NCBI GenBank assembly: GCA_964016885.1
Contig: OZ024747.1
Coordinates: 78,802,001-78,866,000, forward strand
Origin: Eledone cirrhosa
Lineage: Eukaryota
Direction of reading: 5' to 3'
DNA length: 64,000 nt
Part shown: piece after piece, positions 1-13,953 of the stretch
Layout of the letters: each line of letters opens with the position of its first letter
Position numbering within the stretch: the first letter of the stretch is position 1
Program-made: the position numbers and the translations under genes
The notes under the pieces: model-generated
What the model was told of the DNA's origin: nothing
Database searches by the model: none
The model's input: the letters and a program-made list of their open reading frames with translations, nothing else

Positions 1-708
1 CTGCTGAATAAAATTAGACATGCTATTTTTGTAATTTTTCTTATTTGCTTTTACCTCTTGTTTTTACTCCCTATTTGGATAAACAAAAAGCAAATTTGTG
101 ATGATGATCATTAGTGTCAGCTAGACTTGGTGTCAAAAGGTTAATGCATAAGTAAAAGGATGTCACAGTCAAATATTATTGTAAACTTTGAGAAGTAAAA
201 CAAATAAAAAGATAACTATTCAAATAAATACAACAAAACTATCAGAAAATGTAGAAGTGAGGCTAAAATATAACATAAAAGAGCAACAGTTATTTGATGT
301 TAGATAGATGGCACTCTCCTAATGGTGAGCTTTCCTCAAGAAAGAACCAAACTAAAATAGTCAAATCTGCTAGAATAATCATAATTATTTTCCATAATAA
401 TTCCTTGACATCTTTAAGGGGTGAGTGGTATATTGGAATTGACTCAGCAATTCTGGCAAAATTCCAGTTTTAGAGATTCTCTCTACAAATATGAGATGTC
501 CGTTCTATTCATATTGCCCCATACTGAATTAATATAAACTGGCAGAGAATCAGATACAAAATTTGGCATCAATTTTATAAAAGAAGAGATTTTAGAAACA
601 TCAAAAGTAAAATCAAAATTCTTTTTTTCTTTCTTTCTTTTTTTTCAATTGAGAGAGGAAATATGAATATCATTAAATTTCCCGAGTTGAGACTAGAAAT
701 TATGAAAT

Positions 709-781
709 GAAATGGTACTAGTCATAGGAGAGATGGCAGACAAGTGAAATGGTACTAGTCATAGGAGAGATGGCAGACAAG
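709..781. repeat. Tandem duplication of a 37-bp unit (2 copies)
   Basis: gaaatggtactagtcataggagagatggcagacaag occurs twice back to back. Confidence 0.85.
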
Positions 782-2335
782 CGAAGTTATTAAAGAACAA
801 TCTATCCTAATTTAGTGCAAATAGGTTTACAATTTTTACAACTGAGTTAAATGTAAACCTCATGTAAAATGATACAATCAGGAAGGATTTAGTTATTAGT
901 TCAAATCCTAGTTGAAATATAGAAGAAGGGGTTTAAAAATGAGAAAGATCAACTAATACAGCTGCAGGATGACTGTTTTGTAAATACTAATAAATAGAAA
1001 TAGAAAAACCCAGTATTTTGTTGCAGCAAATCTCAGAGATGAAAATGTTACCTGATAGGCAAGGTGTCTTTTTGTATTGACTAATAACTAGCAGCTCAGC
1101 TATCAAATGATACAATGATACTGACAATCTAGAGCGAGAATAATATTTCATAAAACAGTGTCTGTCTATCAAAAAATAAAAAAGAAAGAAAAGAAAAAAA
1201 TTCCTCAATTTACAAAATATTTCAATCTATGTAAACAGCCATTATGTGAGAAGTGGCAGCATTCAAAGGCAGACAAAATCAACAAACATTAAAATAAACA
1301 GAAGCCGCCTGCAAAGAAGAGATTACCCCGTAAAAGACACAATGACCTACATCTTTCAATACAAGACAATTATTTGTTGCCTAAGTTATATTTAAGCAAT
1401 GGTCCAATTAAAACACTGACAATCTTACTCCTCACTATAAATAAATCAAACCAAAACAAAACATTATGAGAAGAATAACAAAAGAAGTAAGAAACTAAAT
1501 GTAAAGTATTTATTATTCCATCTTAGTCACCCATACAAAGTATATGGAAGCTTAAAGTTAAGCAGCATCCAACAAAACTGATATTAGATCACTAAGTAAA
1601 AATAATAATAATAATTCAAGATCTTAAGAAGAATTAACCAGCTGCTGTGGCAACTAATCAGCATTTTGCTGTTTTAAACAATAAAGACTTTTTCCAGTGT
1701 TTCATTAACAATGTTATTTTTCAGGAAAAACATCTGGTTGTCAAAATATACCAGAAATCTTAGCATTGGTAAAAGAAAAAGTAAGACTATTTCAAGTCTA
1801 AAAAGTCTAAGGAGTATTAAAGAAAACGGATTTAATTTAGTTGTCATTAAAAAATAATATAAGTGAAAAAAAACTAATAACCAAATTATCTGACAGTCTG
1901 TAGCAAGACAATGACAATATATCAAACTCAATAATAAAGAATGCCTCATTCTAAACTCATTTCTATCTACAATTTGGTACTTCGGCAACTAAGACATAGG
2001 GTGGTGCAAGATACTGTTTTAGAAAGGACAAGTCCAACCCATACAAGCATAGAAAAACAGATATGAAATTTATGATGATGATATCCAGTCAGAAAAATGC
2101 TGCCAAAAATATGGAAAGCACATCTTATAACAAACATGGTCCAATCCATGCAAGCATGGAAAAATGAATGTTAAATGTTGATGATGATGATGATGATGAT
2201 AATTCTCTTTTTTAAAGTTGTATCATATTCTACTCCATGTTAAATCTTAAGGACAACATACTTGAACAGCCATTGAAAACTACATTGCACTCACAGTATT
2301 TGATTTATTTTACATTATATCCAGCAATGTTTGCT

Positions 2336-2579
2336 TTAACCCTTATAATAGTTAACCATCTGAAAACGCCCTTGGTTCTATGACACCAGACTGTTTATTT
2401 TAAAGTGTTTATATTTATCTCAAAGCTTCCCATCATAATTTTATGTGAGAATTTTACTAAGTTAATAATGAGAAAGTTAGTTGCATTACTAAACCCTTCA
2501 AAATCCTTGGTTATTTTCAAAATTATTTGAAAATCATAGGCAGTGTCTTTCATTAGAAATATGGTAACAGAAGGTTTAA
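2336..2579 (+). mobile_element. TTAA-flanked MITE (piggyBac-like non-autonomous DNA transposon)
   Basis: Begins ttaaCCCTT and ends AAGGTttaa. Its internal sequence (ccttccatcataattttatgt...cagtgtctttcattagaaatatggtaacagaagg) recurs at 21055, 23240, 25312, 28798, 33138 and elsewhere. Confidence 0.6.
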
Positions 2580-3039
2580 AATACAATTTTAACCTACCTT
2601 CTATACAGTTTAGTTGCTTTATTCACATATACATTCACATATACACAAACAATATATACATTGTTACTGACTCATCAAAGAAACAAGCTTGCACTACATG
2701 TATGAACATCTAATTAAAAGTTGCTATGAATGTTATAGCTTGCAATGTCTGACAACCTCATGTTATGCTATTACATATAAAACATTGCAACAACTGCATT
2801 GCAAAACATTAAGTTTCCTCTTTGAGACCAGAAAATACTTTAGCCCGAATCAGTTATTGACCTTCCAGTTTGATCAATATTATCATACCAGAAATAAGAT
2901 TCTAGATAAACATTATAAGTGATATGTAAAATATAGCTATTGAATTGACTGTCAAAAGCACATTACTTATAAACTTTTCTTTCTGTTTCTATGTCTGTAG
3001 ACAGTGACATTTCTGAGAGCTTAAAAAGTTCACTTTGCA

Positions 3040-3310
3040 ATTATGAATTTCTGGCGTTTATCTTGCAGCATGGCATCTTGGGCCAGTGTTTTTACCATAG
3101 CTTCAAATCAACCCAAGCCGTGAGTGAAGTTGGGTAGATGAAAACTGTATGGAATCCCATTGAATGGTTGTAATTCAAAAGCCCAGTCATATCATATGTT
3201 GCACCACCCTGATTCAACTTAAGAACTACATTAAGGGTACATGTGTTTGTGGAATACTCAACCACATACAGACATCCAGTTGATTGAATAACTGAATGCT
3301 TATCATCAAA
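3040..3310 (+). mobile_element. Degenerate tRNA-derived SINE, family B (CORE-like accttgggcaagtgtctt segment)
   Basis: catggcatcttgggccagtgtttttaccatagc...gtgagtgaagttgggtagatgaaaactg resembles the copies at 18720 and 30455-30600. Confidence 0.45.
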
Positions 3311-4835
3311 ACTAACAGACGATTCATCATAATTATGTCTTCAGCACGTCTGATAGTTGCATATCACCTCGACAAAAGCCACCTGATATAGCAATCTCCT
3401 TTTATTATGCCATCCTTTTTGCAACACATCTCCTCCCAAAAACCATATTAAATCCTTTTTCACAATCGATTCCTTTCAGAGTAGTATCTCTCCAAAATTC
3501 CGTCTCTATTCAGATTTTCCTCCAACCAACTGGAAATCAACTGATTTCACCAGTCTCGTTAGAACTCAAGTGTTAGCAAACATCATGAACCCTGCCTCTC
3601 ATTCCCTCAGTAATTAATCATTAAAATATTGCTAGTGGCTATTTCATTTCAGGTAAAAATAACCATGGCAATTAATGAATATATCTACAAGAAACAGTTG
3701 GAGGAAATCAATCAAATCAATAACTGATATATAGTGACCATAAATAACATCAATACTGGAATAAATTTCATTGATGAATTGATCATTTATTAATTGGAAC
3801 TAAGTAAAATAACTTTACTTAGTTTGTTCCCTATCTTTGATGAATGACATTGTTTATAATTTTCATATCATTTTGAAAATAATCAAGAATTTGAAGAGAT
3901 TTAGTAATATAACTAGTGTCATAATTAAGCTGTCTGTCACCCTTAACACAGAGGAGAGGAAGATAGCTGAAATTGGAAGGAGCTATATGAGGTAAAGTAG
4001 CTGAAGAGTGGGTGCCATTGGTTGTTCTCTACAGCAATACTTTTGCTATTTTATTCACAACATGTAGCTGAGACACACTGCCTAGGCTGGGGTGTTTAGA
4101 ATATTACTTAAAGGTTATTCCAAATCTTTGATAGTTATCAAAATTTATAAAAACACGAAAGCAGTATATTTCATTAGAAATTAAGTAATAAAAGAGTTGA
4201 ATCATCATCATCATTTAACATCTGTTTCCCCTGCTACCAATGGGTGGATGGGACTTCACAGACCATGTCAGTACTGAAGCGTAGATACTGACCACTCAGA
4301 CGAGCAGGGAGGGGGGGGGGGGGTGCTTATATACATTCCCACACTTTACCAAGTGCATTTTATCATGGCACCAGCACTAAAGAGGTTGTCATGTCTTTTT
4401 GACACAGATGCAGATTTAAAATATAAAATAACATTTAGAGAATAATTGTATGAAGTATAAGTCTGCTTTTAATCACAGCACATTACAGATGTTATTAGAT
4501 ACTTAAAAAAAAAAAAAATTCCAATTGAAAGATCACCTATGGACAAATTGAGTATCAAATTGAAATGAATAACAAATAATTAATTAAACATGTATGGCAA
4601 TTACTTGGATATTTTAAAGGTATGACTAATTCAACAAATAACTTGCTGAAGCTACACCCTAAAATACACAAATAAACTATAATCAAGTGAATAAGAAAAC
4701 TTGAATTAGTTACAGTCTATTATTCATACAAAAGCTATATATGTTCAGGTGTAAGATAAACTATACCAAATAACAAGAATTACTCACAAAAAAAAACAAA
4801 AAAAAATTGTATTCAACTGTATATACTAAAAAACA

Positions 4836-5024
4836 TAATAATTGTTTCTATTTTTGGCACAAGGCCAGCAATTATCCCAGTGTATTACTGGTACTTTATT
4901 TTATCGACCCCGTAAGGATGAAAGGCAAAGTTAACCTCAGCGGGATTTGAACTCAGACCATAAAGGGGCGTAACTATGCTGCAAAGCATGGCGTCCGACC
5001 CTCTACCGATTCTGCCAATCCACC
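4836..5024 (-). mobile_element. Full-length tRNA-derived SINE, family A
   Basis: The minus strand reads ggtggatTGGCAGAATCGG (A box)...GAGTTCAAATCC (B box)...gcctttcatccttacggggtcgataaaataaagtaccag (conserved core)...ggccttgtgccaaaaatagaaac(aatt)n tail. It is flanked by a probable target-site duplication (TSD), ctaaaaaa.ataataat. Confidence 0.85.
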
Positions 5025-5196
5025 TAAAAAAAAATAATAATAATAAACACAGTTTTCTAATTTTCTTTACACACCTAGCCAAAAAATCTATAAGTTCCCC
5101 TTTAAACCCTTTTCTTACTATATTTCTAATAAAAGACACTGCCTATGAATGTCTTGTTCAAATAGATTGGACTTTTTTTATTGTTATTATAATTAT

Positions 5197-5390
5197 ATTG
5201 GCAGTATTGGTAGAGGGTCGGACGCCATGCTTTCGAGCATAGTTACGTCCCTTTACGATCTGAGTTCAAATCCCGCCGAGGTTGACTTTGCCTTTCATCC
5301 TTACGGGGGTCGATAAATTAAAGTACCAGTAATGCACTGGGTAATTGCTGGCCTTGTGCCTAAAGTAGAAACAATTATTATTATTATTAT
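5197..5390 (+). mobile_element. tRNA-derived SINE, family A
   Basis: Same A box, B box, core and (att)n tail as 4836-5024, in the opposite orientation. Confidence 0.85.
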
Positions 5391-5399
5391 GTAAATATT

Positions 5400-5700
5400 T
5401 CAACCACATAAATGCTACACCCACAGAGGCAAATTTGGCATGGTTCCTACAGCTGCATGCCTTTCCAAATGTCAAACAGTTTAAGGAGTGCACTAGGTGC
5501 ATTTCAATGTGGTACCAGTACTACCACTTTACAGTGTGTACTGGGGGGCATTTTATTATGGCACCAGCCTGAGAGTTTTTTTATGTACTCAGCAAAACTG
5601 AAGATTCCTCTCTACCTTATACCGTCTCCATTTGATCACCAGCCACTTTATAGAGTATAATGGGGGCATATTGTCGTGGTACCAACACTATAGGTTGTCA
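5400..5700 (-). mobile_element. Degenerate remnant related to the RTE 3' UTR
   Basis: tttctacagctgcatgcc and repeated ccactttacagtgtgtactgg modules are the reverse complement of the RTE 3' UTR at 52520-52650. Confidence 0.5.
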
Positions 5701-6399
5701 AGTCCTTGACAGGACTAAAGGGTCCGCTCTATCTTATCAGATGGATAACTGGAGGGGTGAATAGAGAGCAAATAAATGAGATAGTTAGTCAGGATCGATA
5801 GATAATATAACTCTATAAGTTAACCAGATTGTCATGGATCCTCCCTCAGTTTCAACGATGAGCTTTCAGTTTTCAACAATATCTGCAAATGTGATTTCAT
5901 GTGGTACAGGACAGTAAGAGTTAATATCTTACCCAAACACAAATACCAAACATGTTGCATAAGAGTAAACGTTTGGACAACTCATAATAAGTTACAAAAG
6001 CCAAAACTTTTTTTTATATTCAGCTATTGTCCCTCACGTTTTGACAACTTCAATCCATTTTTGACAAAGTTGTATGAACAGAAAGTAAATAATACTTTCT
6101 TTACAAGTTAGCAAACAGTTTAAATTTATATGTTATAATGTTACACAGTAGCTATATCATGGGAAATAGTCACAACTAAGCTACATACAAGCCTCTCCAA
6201 AACCAACACAGGTTGCTACTACTCAAAATAGTGAGACAGTAAACTAATAGATAATTAATATACAATTAACATTAAGAGAGAAAATGGAATCAGTTTTACT
6301 CCATATATATATTCATTCATACATACACACATATATAGGTGTCTGTGTAAATGCATGAATATATATGTATTTATGTGTGCGTGTATAACATATATATAC

Positions 6400-6435
<36 letters not shown>

Positions 6436-6918
6436 ATGTGAAATTGTTTTTTTAATGTCAGAATGAATATAGACTAAAATAAATAATAGCCTAAAGGTAT
6501 CTTCTGATATCTCTGACAAAACTAACCTCTTGATTGAAAAAACATTCAATAACAAATTTTTATTTTGAGATAGCGGAGACAAAATATGTGCATTGCTTTA
6601 GGAGACGTTCTAATCAGCTTTGGAGTTTATAAATAGCAGAGTATTCTTAGAACAAGTCCAAATAGTTATGGTGAATGCAGCTATTTCTGTAAAGCATTTA
6701 GCAAAATAAAAATCATCTTAATGGAAATATCATCATGAAAACACTAAATACAACAAATGTAAATGTTATGGAGAGAGAGAGAGAATAATATATAATAACA
6801 GACAAAAATAAAGAATTCCAATGAATGGTTCAAAGATTTATATCCATAAAGCATACCACACATAAATATCATATAATTATATTTGTACATACTTAGATTA
6901 TATACATATGTATGTGTG

Positions 6919-6949
<31 letters not shown>

Positions 6950-7320
6950 TATGTGGATGTGCTGTGAGTATATATATATATATATATATATATAATGTGT
7001 GTGCATAAGCTCATTTCTGTATGAATGAATATATCTTCATACACACAGACAAAGTTCTGCTAGACAGCTGCAATGGGAGTAGCAATATATAATAGAGAGA
7101 AAAAGAAAGACAAGTTAAACAATACATATCATAATAGCATAACAAAACATAACAAAACAACAAAACAAAACATAACAAAACATAAAACAAAACATAAGAA
7201 AACAACAGTAATAATTCGATTATGAATTAAATTACTAGTGTCTTTCTAAAATATATAACCCCACCACTGGAGAGAGAGAGAGAGAAAGAGAGACAGAGAG
7301 AGTGAGAGAGAGACAGAAAC

Positions 7321-7355
<35 letters not shown>

Positions 7356-7994
7356 GGGCGAATTAAGAACAACCAAGAGTTCTTAAATGATTTCAAGTGA
7401 ACATATTACACCAGATTCTGTAGAGTTATATACATTTCAAGAGGGAGGGGGTGTGCAGTAAAACCTGGCACAATAGATATTGAGGTAGAATAAGTATGCT
7501 CTCATGCACATTTTACTTTTCTCCGTGCATCTCATACGATACCACATCAAAGTATAACAACTCACTGTACCATCTAATCATACTTTATTCCTCAATAAAT
7601 ACATTCTACATTATATCGAACTTATGTAGCTTATTATACACATTAAAGAGGGTGACAATGAGAAGGCCAGCCAAGTTTGACAGGAGAGGAGAGGAGAGTG
7701 AGGTTGTGTAGTTGGGATTTTCAGGAGAAAAAAAAATTGAATGGTCTTTATGTGGAAAATGTAAAGAGTTGAGCCCCAGAAAGAGTTGATGAGAAACATT
7801 TGAAGTGATGAATATATTGATTGTAACAGCTTAACACTGCTTCTACACAGATCTATAGTTTCTCTAATGTTCAAATATCAAATGAAATACTAATCTAATG
7901 CAAACAAATTTTCTTCATCAGAGTAACAAGATGTAAGAAGTAGAGTTAAGTGTGTTACCCTAGAAACTGATGCAAGACCTATAACAAAATAACA

Positions 7995-8345
7995 GGGCAC
8001 AAGGCCAGCAATTTGGGGGAAGGGATAATTATATTGACCCCAGTGTCTAAGTGGTACTTTATTCTATCAACTTCAGAAGGATGACAAGCAAAGCTGACCT
8101 CAGCAGTATTTGAAATCAGGTCAGAAAGTCACAACTAAATATTGCAAACATGAAGTCCAATGCTCTACTGATCCACCCTTAATGTTGTTTAATAATTGTT
8201 TCTACTTTAGGCACAAGGCCAGCAATTTGAAAGGGAGAGGAAAGTAGATTAAATAGACCCCAGTACTTACTAGTACTTTATTTTATTGACCCTGCAAGGA
8301 TGAAAGGCAAAGCTAAACTTGACAGGATTTGAACTCAGAACACAA
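7995..8345 (-). mobile_element. Two tandem degenerate family A SINEs
   Basis: ggcacaaggccagcaattt...ggtactttatt...aaggatgaaaggcaaag...gatttgaactcag occurs twice. Confidence 0.7.
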
Positions 8346-9141
8346 GGGACCGTAACTCTCTGCCGCGAAGCAGAGTGTCCGACACTCACAGATATAAATA
8401 ACTTCAAAATACCAAATTTTACTTTTATAATTAACATCAAAATCATTATAAAGCTACTTCCGAAAATATTATCTAATAAATAAATTGAATAACTAATTAA
8501 TATATAATATGAGTTGATATCAAACAAAATGTTGACAAAACAATTAGTTCCCCTCCACATCCCCACCTAAATAAAGCAACTTTGAAATAAGAGACAAAAT
8601 TTAAAAGTTAACTGAAGCCCATAGATCATGTGCATGTACACGCCACCACACACACATACATACACATACACACACACATACATACAATGGTAGAGGATGA
8701 AAAACGAAATGCAGCAATAATTAAAATTTTGAAAAAAAAAAAATTCAACAATACCCATGTGCTGGTATGGACTGGATCCTCTGATGTCATAGATCATGTG
8801 ATTTTCTTCTTTAACAAATGCCTCCGGGCAAACAACGACAATAGCATGCTTGCCATACAGATCTCAATTGAATAGTTTGTAAAAACAAAGGAATGAGAGT
8901 TTTGAGAGACAGAAGAGAATGGCGGCTTCTGATGAATGAATTTCCAATCATCTGTTTTTCTTCTAATGAAGGCAGGTATTTTTCAATAATTTCATTTCCC
9001 TGTGAAATTAAAGAAATATAGAATATTCAGATGATATATTACCAAACAAAAAGTAAATACAAACATAAATACAAGGGCATGCATGCATGTATGTATGTAT
9101 GTATGTATGTATGTATGTATGTATGTATGTATGTATGTATG

Positions 9142-9312
9142 TACCATGGGCCCAGCACTATGTGTCAATAATTGTCACAGGTATAGTGTTTGTACCAGAG
9201 TTTTCAAGTCGCTGGCTGGACTAAAAAGTCACACTCGTTCAGCGCATCGGTAGGGGTTCTCCTACATGGATATAAAGTAGTGGCCGTACTCGAAAACGAG
9301 TTGGCAGCCACC
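9142..9312 (+). mobile_element. 3' end of an RTE-type (BovB-like) element encoding a degenerate C2H2 zinc-finger remnant
   Basis: Translates as [32 protein letters not shown]. It ends gagttggcagccacc directly into (AT)n and has a sister copy at 54261 (-). Confidence 0.6.
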
Positions 9313-10136
9313 ATATATATATATAGAGAGAGAGATAAAGAGAGTGATAAAGAGAGAGAGAGTGATAAAGAGAGAGAGAGTGATAAAGAGAGAGATAGAG
9401 AGAGAGAGGCATTTAGATATACAAACATATAAAAGTACTTGATAGTATAATAGAGTTTATTCATATATATATATATATATATATATATAAACACATACAT
9501 ACATAAACGTGTTTACAAATGCATGTTGTTGGTTTATTTTGTCGTACAGAAATATAAAGGTACTCAATACAGAGATAAATTAAAAGTAAAGGTCAGATAT
9601 TTATTAGTGTAAGATAAACAACAGAACTACATATATGAACCAAAGGTTTGATTCATTATAGGATAAAACACCAGCAGCGTTTTATGTACAAATGAAAGTA
9701 CTGCAAGATCTGTATTACATAGAAACTTCATGTCATTTGTCACCTAATTCCAATAATAAACAAAATCATGAACTTATTTTGACCTGACAATACATGATCA
9801 AATTTCTCTGGGTGAACTGTAAGATCTGCCCAATGTATAATGAATGTTTATTGACATCAGGGACTACATGATCAGATGAAAAAAAGCTGAGCACCGGTGT
9901 TTTAAACATTTAGCTGTTATCAGTATATATATATATATATATATACACATATATATACACATATCAGTAAGCAAATGTAAAATGATAATGATATTTAAAG
10001 CTGAGGCTTCATGCTATTGCTATGCTGTGAAATGAGGAAATGTGAAATATCAGAATAGGAATGGAAGGAAGCTTCCGTTTTGAATAAATGTATTCAGTAC
10101 TTTCTCCTGTTTGTAAATTCAAAGGTGTGTATATGT

Positions 10137-10177
<41 letters not shown>

Positions 10178-10284
10178 GTGTGTATATATATATATATATA
10201 ATGGAAAATTTGAACAGGAACAAAATAGAGAGGCAGTACAATGAATGTTTATTAATTTCACGCTCTTGAGAGTGGGCTGGTGGT

Positions 10285-10325
10285 GGGGAATGACGTTTCG
10301 GGCATAAGCCCTTCTTCAGGTGAGA
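10285..10325 (-). ncRNA. Minimal hammerhead-like motif in the 3' pLTR
   Basis: The minus strand reads CUGAAGA-A-GGGC(UUAU)GCCC-GAAAC-GUC, matching the PLE-type minimal hammerhead consensus. Helix I pairing is poor in this copy. Confidence 0.65.
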
Positions 10326-11701
10326 AGTGTGTGGGAAGAGAGTTCAAAGGGTGTGTAGGGGAGTGGTGGAGAGACATATAGCAAAAAGGGGGTGGGACGA
10401 AACGGTGCTAATGAATATAAAATTAAAAAATGATCAAAATAAAATTAAAATGGGGTAAAACAGGTGGTGGAAGGGTGTGGGGCGTGTAGGGGTGGTGGCG
10501 GGTGGAGTGGGGAGAGGGAGATGGGGTGTCCGAGCAGGGAGGGCTGAAGGTGGTGTGTGTAGGTGTACGTGTGTGTGTATGTGAAAGCAAGGGTTGGGGA
10601 AGAACGGGGTTGCATGTTCAGGAAGAGGTGTGTGTGGGCTGGGGTGTAGGTTGGAGTGTGTGTGCGTGTGTGGATAGAGAGGTGGGGGGAGAGGAATCCG
10701 GAGGCTGAATGTGTAAATATGTGGCGGAACGCACGTGTGTGTGGTGTTTAAGCGTGTTGTGGGTGTAGGTGGCGTGTGGGAAAAAAAAATTTTTTGGGGT
10801 GTGTGTGTGGGTGAGTCATGAAGGTGATTCCGTAAGAAGATGTGGTGGAAAGGTTGGTAAAATCCTAGGTTGGTAGTGATTCCGCGGTCAAGGTCCACAT
10901 ACGAGGAATCCGTGAAGAGATGGTCGGAAGAGGGAATATGTGGGGTGTGCGCGCAACAGGAAGTGGTCAAGGCAGTAGGAGTGCTGTGTGTCTGTGTGTG
11001 CTGGGAGGTGGTCACAGGGCATAGCAGGGTGGAATGGTAAAGGGGCGAGGATGGGTAGGTGTGAAAGTAGGAGTGAGGAGGGGGGTGTATATTAGTAGAG
11101 GTGTTAGTGGGATGAGTGAGTGTTGGAGAAAGGGTGTGGGTGGAGCAGGGAGAGAAGGGTGTGGGGGTCGATGGAGGGAGTGTGGTGTACTGGTGTGTGT
11201 GTAGTTTGATGAAGGGGGTGTTAGTGGATGTTAGTATACAGGAGGTGGAGAAAGGGTTGAATGCGGGTGTGAGTGGGGGGTCAGTGGTGGTAGGGTGTGT
11301 AGAGTTGGTGGTGTAAGAGGGTGTGTGGGTACGTGGGGTTGGGGGGAGGGTGTTAGTGATGTTATTTGCGTGTAGGGTGGGTGCGTGTGTTCGTGTGCTT
11401 GGGGTCAGGGGGTGTTAGTGATGTTAGTTGCGGGGTGGAAGTGTGGGGGTGAGGGTTAGTGGTGGTAGTAGGGTGTGTGTTTAGTGTGAGCGCGTGTATA
11501 TGTGCCGGTGGGTGTGTGTGTGTGATAAGGAGGGGGGAGGAGGAGAAGGGAGGGATGTTAGTATGTTAGTTGGGGAAGGGTGGTCAGATGAGGGGTGGAG
11601 TGGGGGTGTTAGTATTGTTAGTTGTGGGGTGGGCGGTGAAAAGGAGGGGTGTGTTAGTGGTGTTAGTGGTGGATATGTGTGGGGGAGGGGGCGGTCGAAG
11701 G

Positions 11702-13953
11702 CTAAAGGAATAAGGGTGGGGAGTTCAGGCCGGGGGGAGTGTGGGTCTGTAAGATGAAGATGGTTCTTTGTTCAACTCTGAGGAGATTGGCGGGTGTTCC
11801 GTGGCATTGGAGTAGGCCACAGACTGTGAGATGGCATGCGGAATGTCCAGGGGCACCAAAGTGGCGGGCGATGGGGGAACTACCACCGAGACGAATATCC
11901 CGGAGGTGCTCAGTGAATCTGTCCGCTAGGCGACGTCCCGTCTGTCCGACGTAAGTCGCGCTGCTCTCCGTGCAGCGAAGTCCGTAGACTAGGTTGGAGG
12001 AGGTGCAGCGGAAGGCATGCCGGACAGAGAGAGAGTGGCCATTGGGACCCTCGAAGGTGGTGGTGTTGGTGATGTGGGGACAGGTGTTGCAGCGGGGCCT
12101 AGAACAGGGAAAGGAACCGGGGGGGGGAAGAGAGCGTGGGTTGGGGGTAGGGAGCTGTGGACGAGGAGGGTGCGGAGATTGCGTGCGCGTTTGAAGGAGG
12201 GGAGGTGTGGGGTTGGGAAGATGTGGGAGGTGGAGGGGTCGGACTGGAGGCGTCGGAAGAGGCAGCGGATGGTGCGGTGGAGGGGTAAGGTGGAGGGTGG
12301 TAGGTGATGGGGAAGGAGACACGGTGGGTGGGTGTGCAGTGGCGTGGGGTGAGGGTGGTGGAGCGGTGGACAGAACGGGCGTGGGTGAGAGCGGTGTGGA
12401 CGAGAGGGGGGGGGGGGGGGGGGGGGAACCTCTGCAGATGAAATGGCTGACTAGGGAAAGGGCCTCGGACTCGAAGTCAGCATCTCTGCTACAGAGGTGG
12501 CGGATCCTAAGGAGTTGGGAGTAGGGAATAGAGTGTTTAGTGTGGGGTGGGAAGAGGTGAAGTCGAGGTAAGAGTGGGAGTCTGTGGGTTTGAAGAAGGT
12601 GGAGGTGACGAGGGAGTGGTGGGAGGGGCGAAGGCGATGGAGATGTCTAAGAAGTGGACGTGGGTGGTGGAGATAGAGGTGGTGAAGTGGAGGGATGGGT
12701 GGAAGGAGCAGAAGAAGGAGAGAAAGGAGTGGAGCTGTTCTCGGGTGAGGGTCGTGGCTCCAATACAGTCGTCGATGTAACGACCGTACAGTTCGGGCGT
12801 GGGCTGGTGTACTGGGCAAAGATTTGGGCCTCAACATGGCCAACAAAAAGGTTGGCATAGTTCAGGCCCATTCTTGTACCCATGGCTACTCCCGTGACCT
12901 GTTGGTAAAACTCACCCGAGAAGGAGAAACAATTGAGGGTGAGGACCAGCTCGGCGAGGCGAAGGAGGGTGGGGGTGGAGGGAATGGGGGAGGGGCGAAG
13001 GTCGAGGTAGTGTTTGAGGGCGTGTAAGCCGTCGGTGTGGGGGATGACGGTATAGAGGGACTTGATGTCTAGGGTGAAGAGGAAGGGCTGTGGGCCGGGT
13101 GGGTAGGTGAAGGAGTCGAAAAGGCGCAGGGCGTGGTTGGTGTCGGAGATGTGGGAGGGGAGAGTGGTGACAAGGGGGGCGAGGATGGAGTCAAGAAAGG
13201 CGGAGATGAGTTCGGTGGGGCAGTTGCAAGCGGAGACGATGGGGCGGCCGGGGTTGTCGGGTTTGTGGAGTTTGGGGAGGAAGTAGATGGTGGGGTGCGG
13301 ACGATGAGGTGGGAAGCGGTGGGGGTGAGGAGGGAGGAGGAGACAAGGTGTTGGAGGGAGGAGGAAACTTGTTGTTGGTAGAAGGGTGTGGGATCGGAGG
13401 GTAGAGGGCGGTAGAAGAGGGGTTACGGAGCTGCCTAGGGCTTCGGCCGTGTAGAGGTCCGCGCGCCACACCACCACGGCGCCTACCTTGTCCGCTGGTT
13501 TGATGACGATGTCATCTCGGCTACAGAGGGAGTGGAGAGCGAGGAGTTCGCCCCGTGAGATATTATTCCGTTTGGAACGGTGGCGGAAGTCGAAACGATT
13601 TACGGCGCTACAGCTGGCATCGACGAACGCGTCCAGGGTGCTAAATTGGTGGTCAAGTTGGCGGAGGGTGGAACGGGAGGCGCGGATGGAGTTGCGCATC
13701 AGGAGTCGTGAGGATCGGGTGAGGATACGTTGCGTGGTGGGGAAGGGTGGAAGTGTAGACGGAAGCCGAGGGGGATAAGGTGGAGGCGGAGGCAGTGGCT
13801 GAGGAAATGGATGTGGCTGGAGTGCCGGGTTTTGGCGAAGAGAAGGTAGGAGAGTTGAAGGGCAGAGGGGAGATAGCAGGGTGGGAGGAGGGGGGTGAGG
13901 AAAAGTTTGAGGCTAGTGTGTAGTTGGTGGAGAAAGGATCTCAGGCTGGGCAT
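11702..13953 (-). pseudogene. PLE polyprotein (reverse transcriptase + Cys-rich linker + GIY-YIG endonuclease), broken by frameshifts
   Basis: N-terminal HIHFLSHCLRLHLIPLGF. RT motifs IVIKPADK.GAVVVW, PGRPIVS, FTLDIKSLYT, YQQVTGVAMGT, then YIDD in a shifted frame and KPTDSHSYLDFTSSHP. Linker FPCSRPRCNTC. Endonuclease NLVYGLRC...YVGQTGRRLADRFTEH...PPGLN. Confidence 0.9.

Noticed and set aside
4836-5390. tRNA genes
   Set aside because: A and B boxes are present but there is no complete cloverleaf; they continue into SINE core and tail.
10434-11757. Pro/His/Thr-rich and Gly/Val-rich ORFs
   Set aside because: By-products of the skewed low-complexity PLE 3' region, with no recognisable domain.
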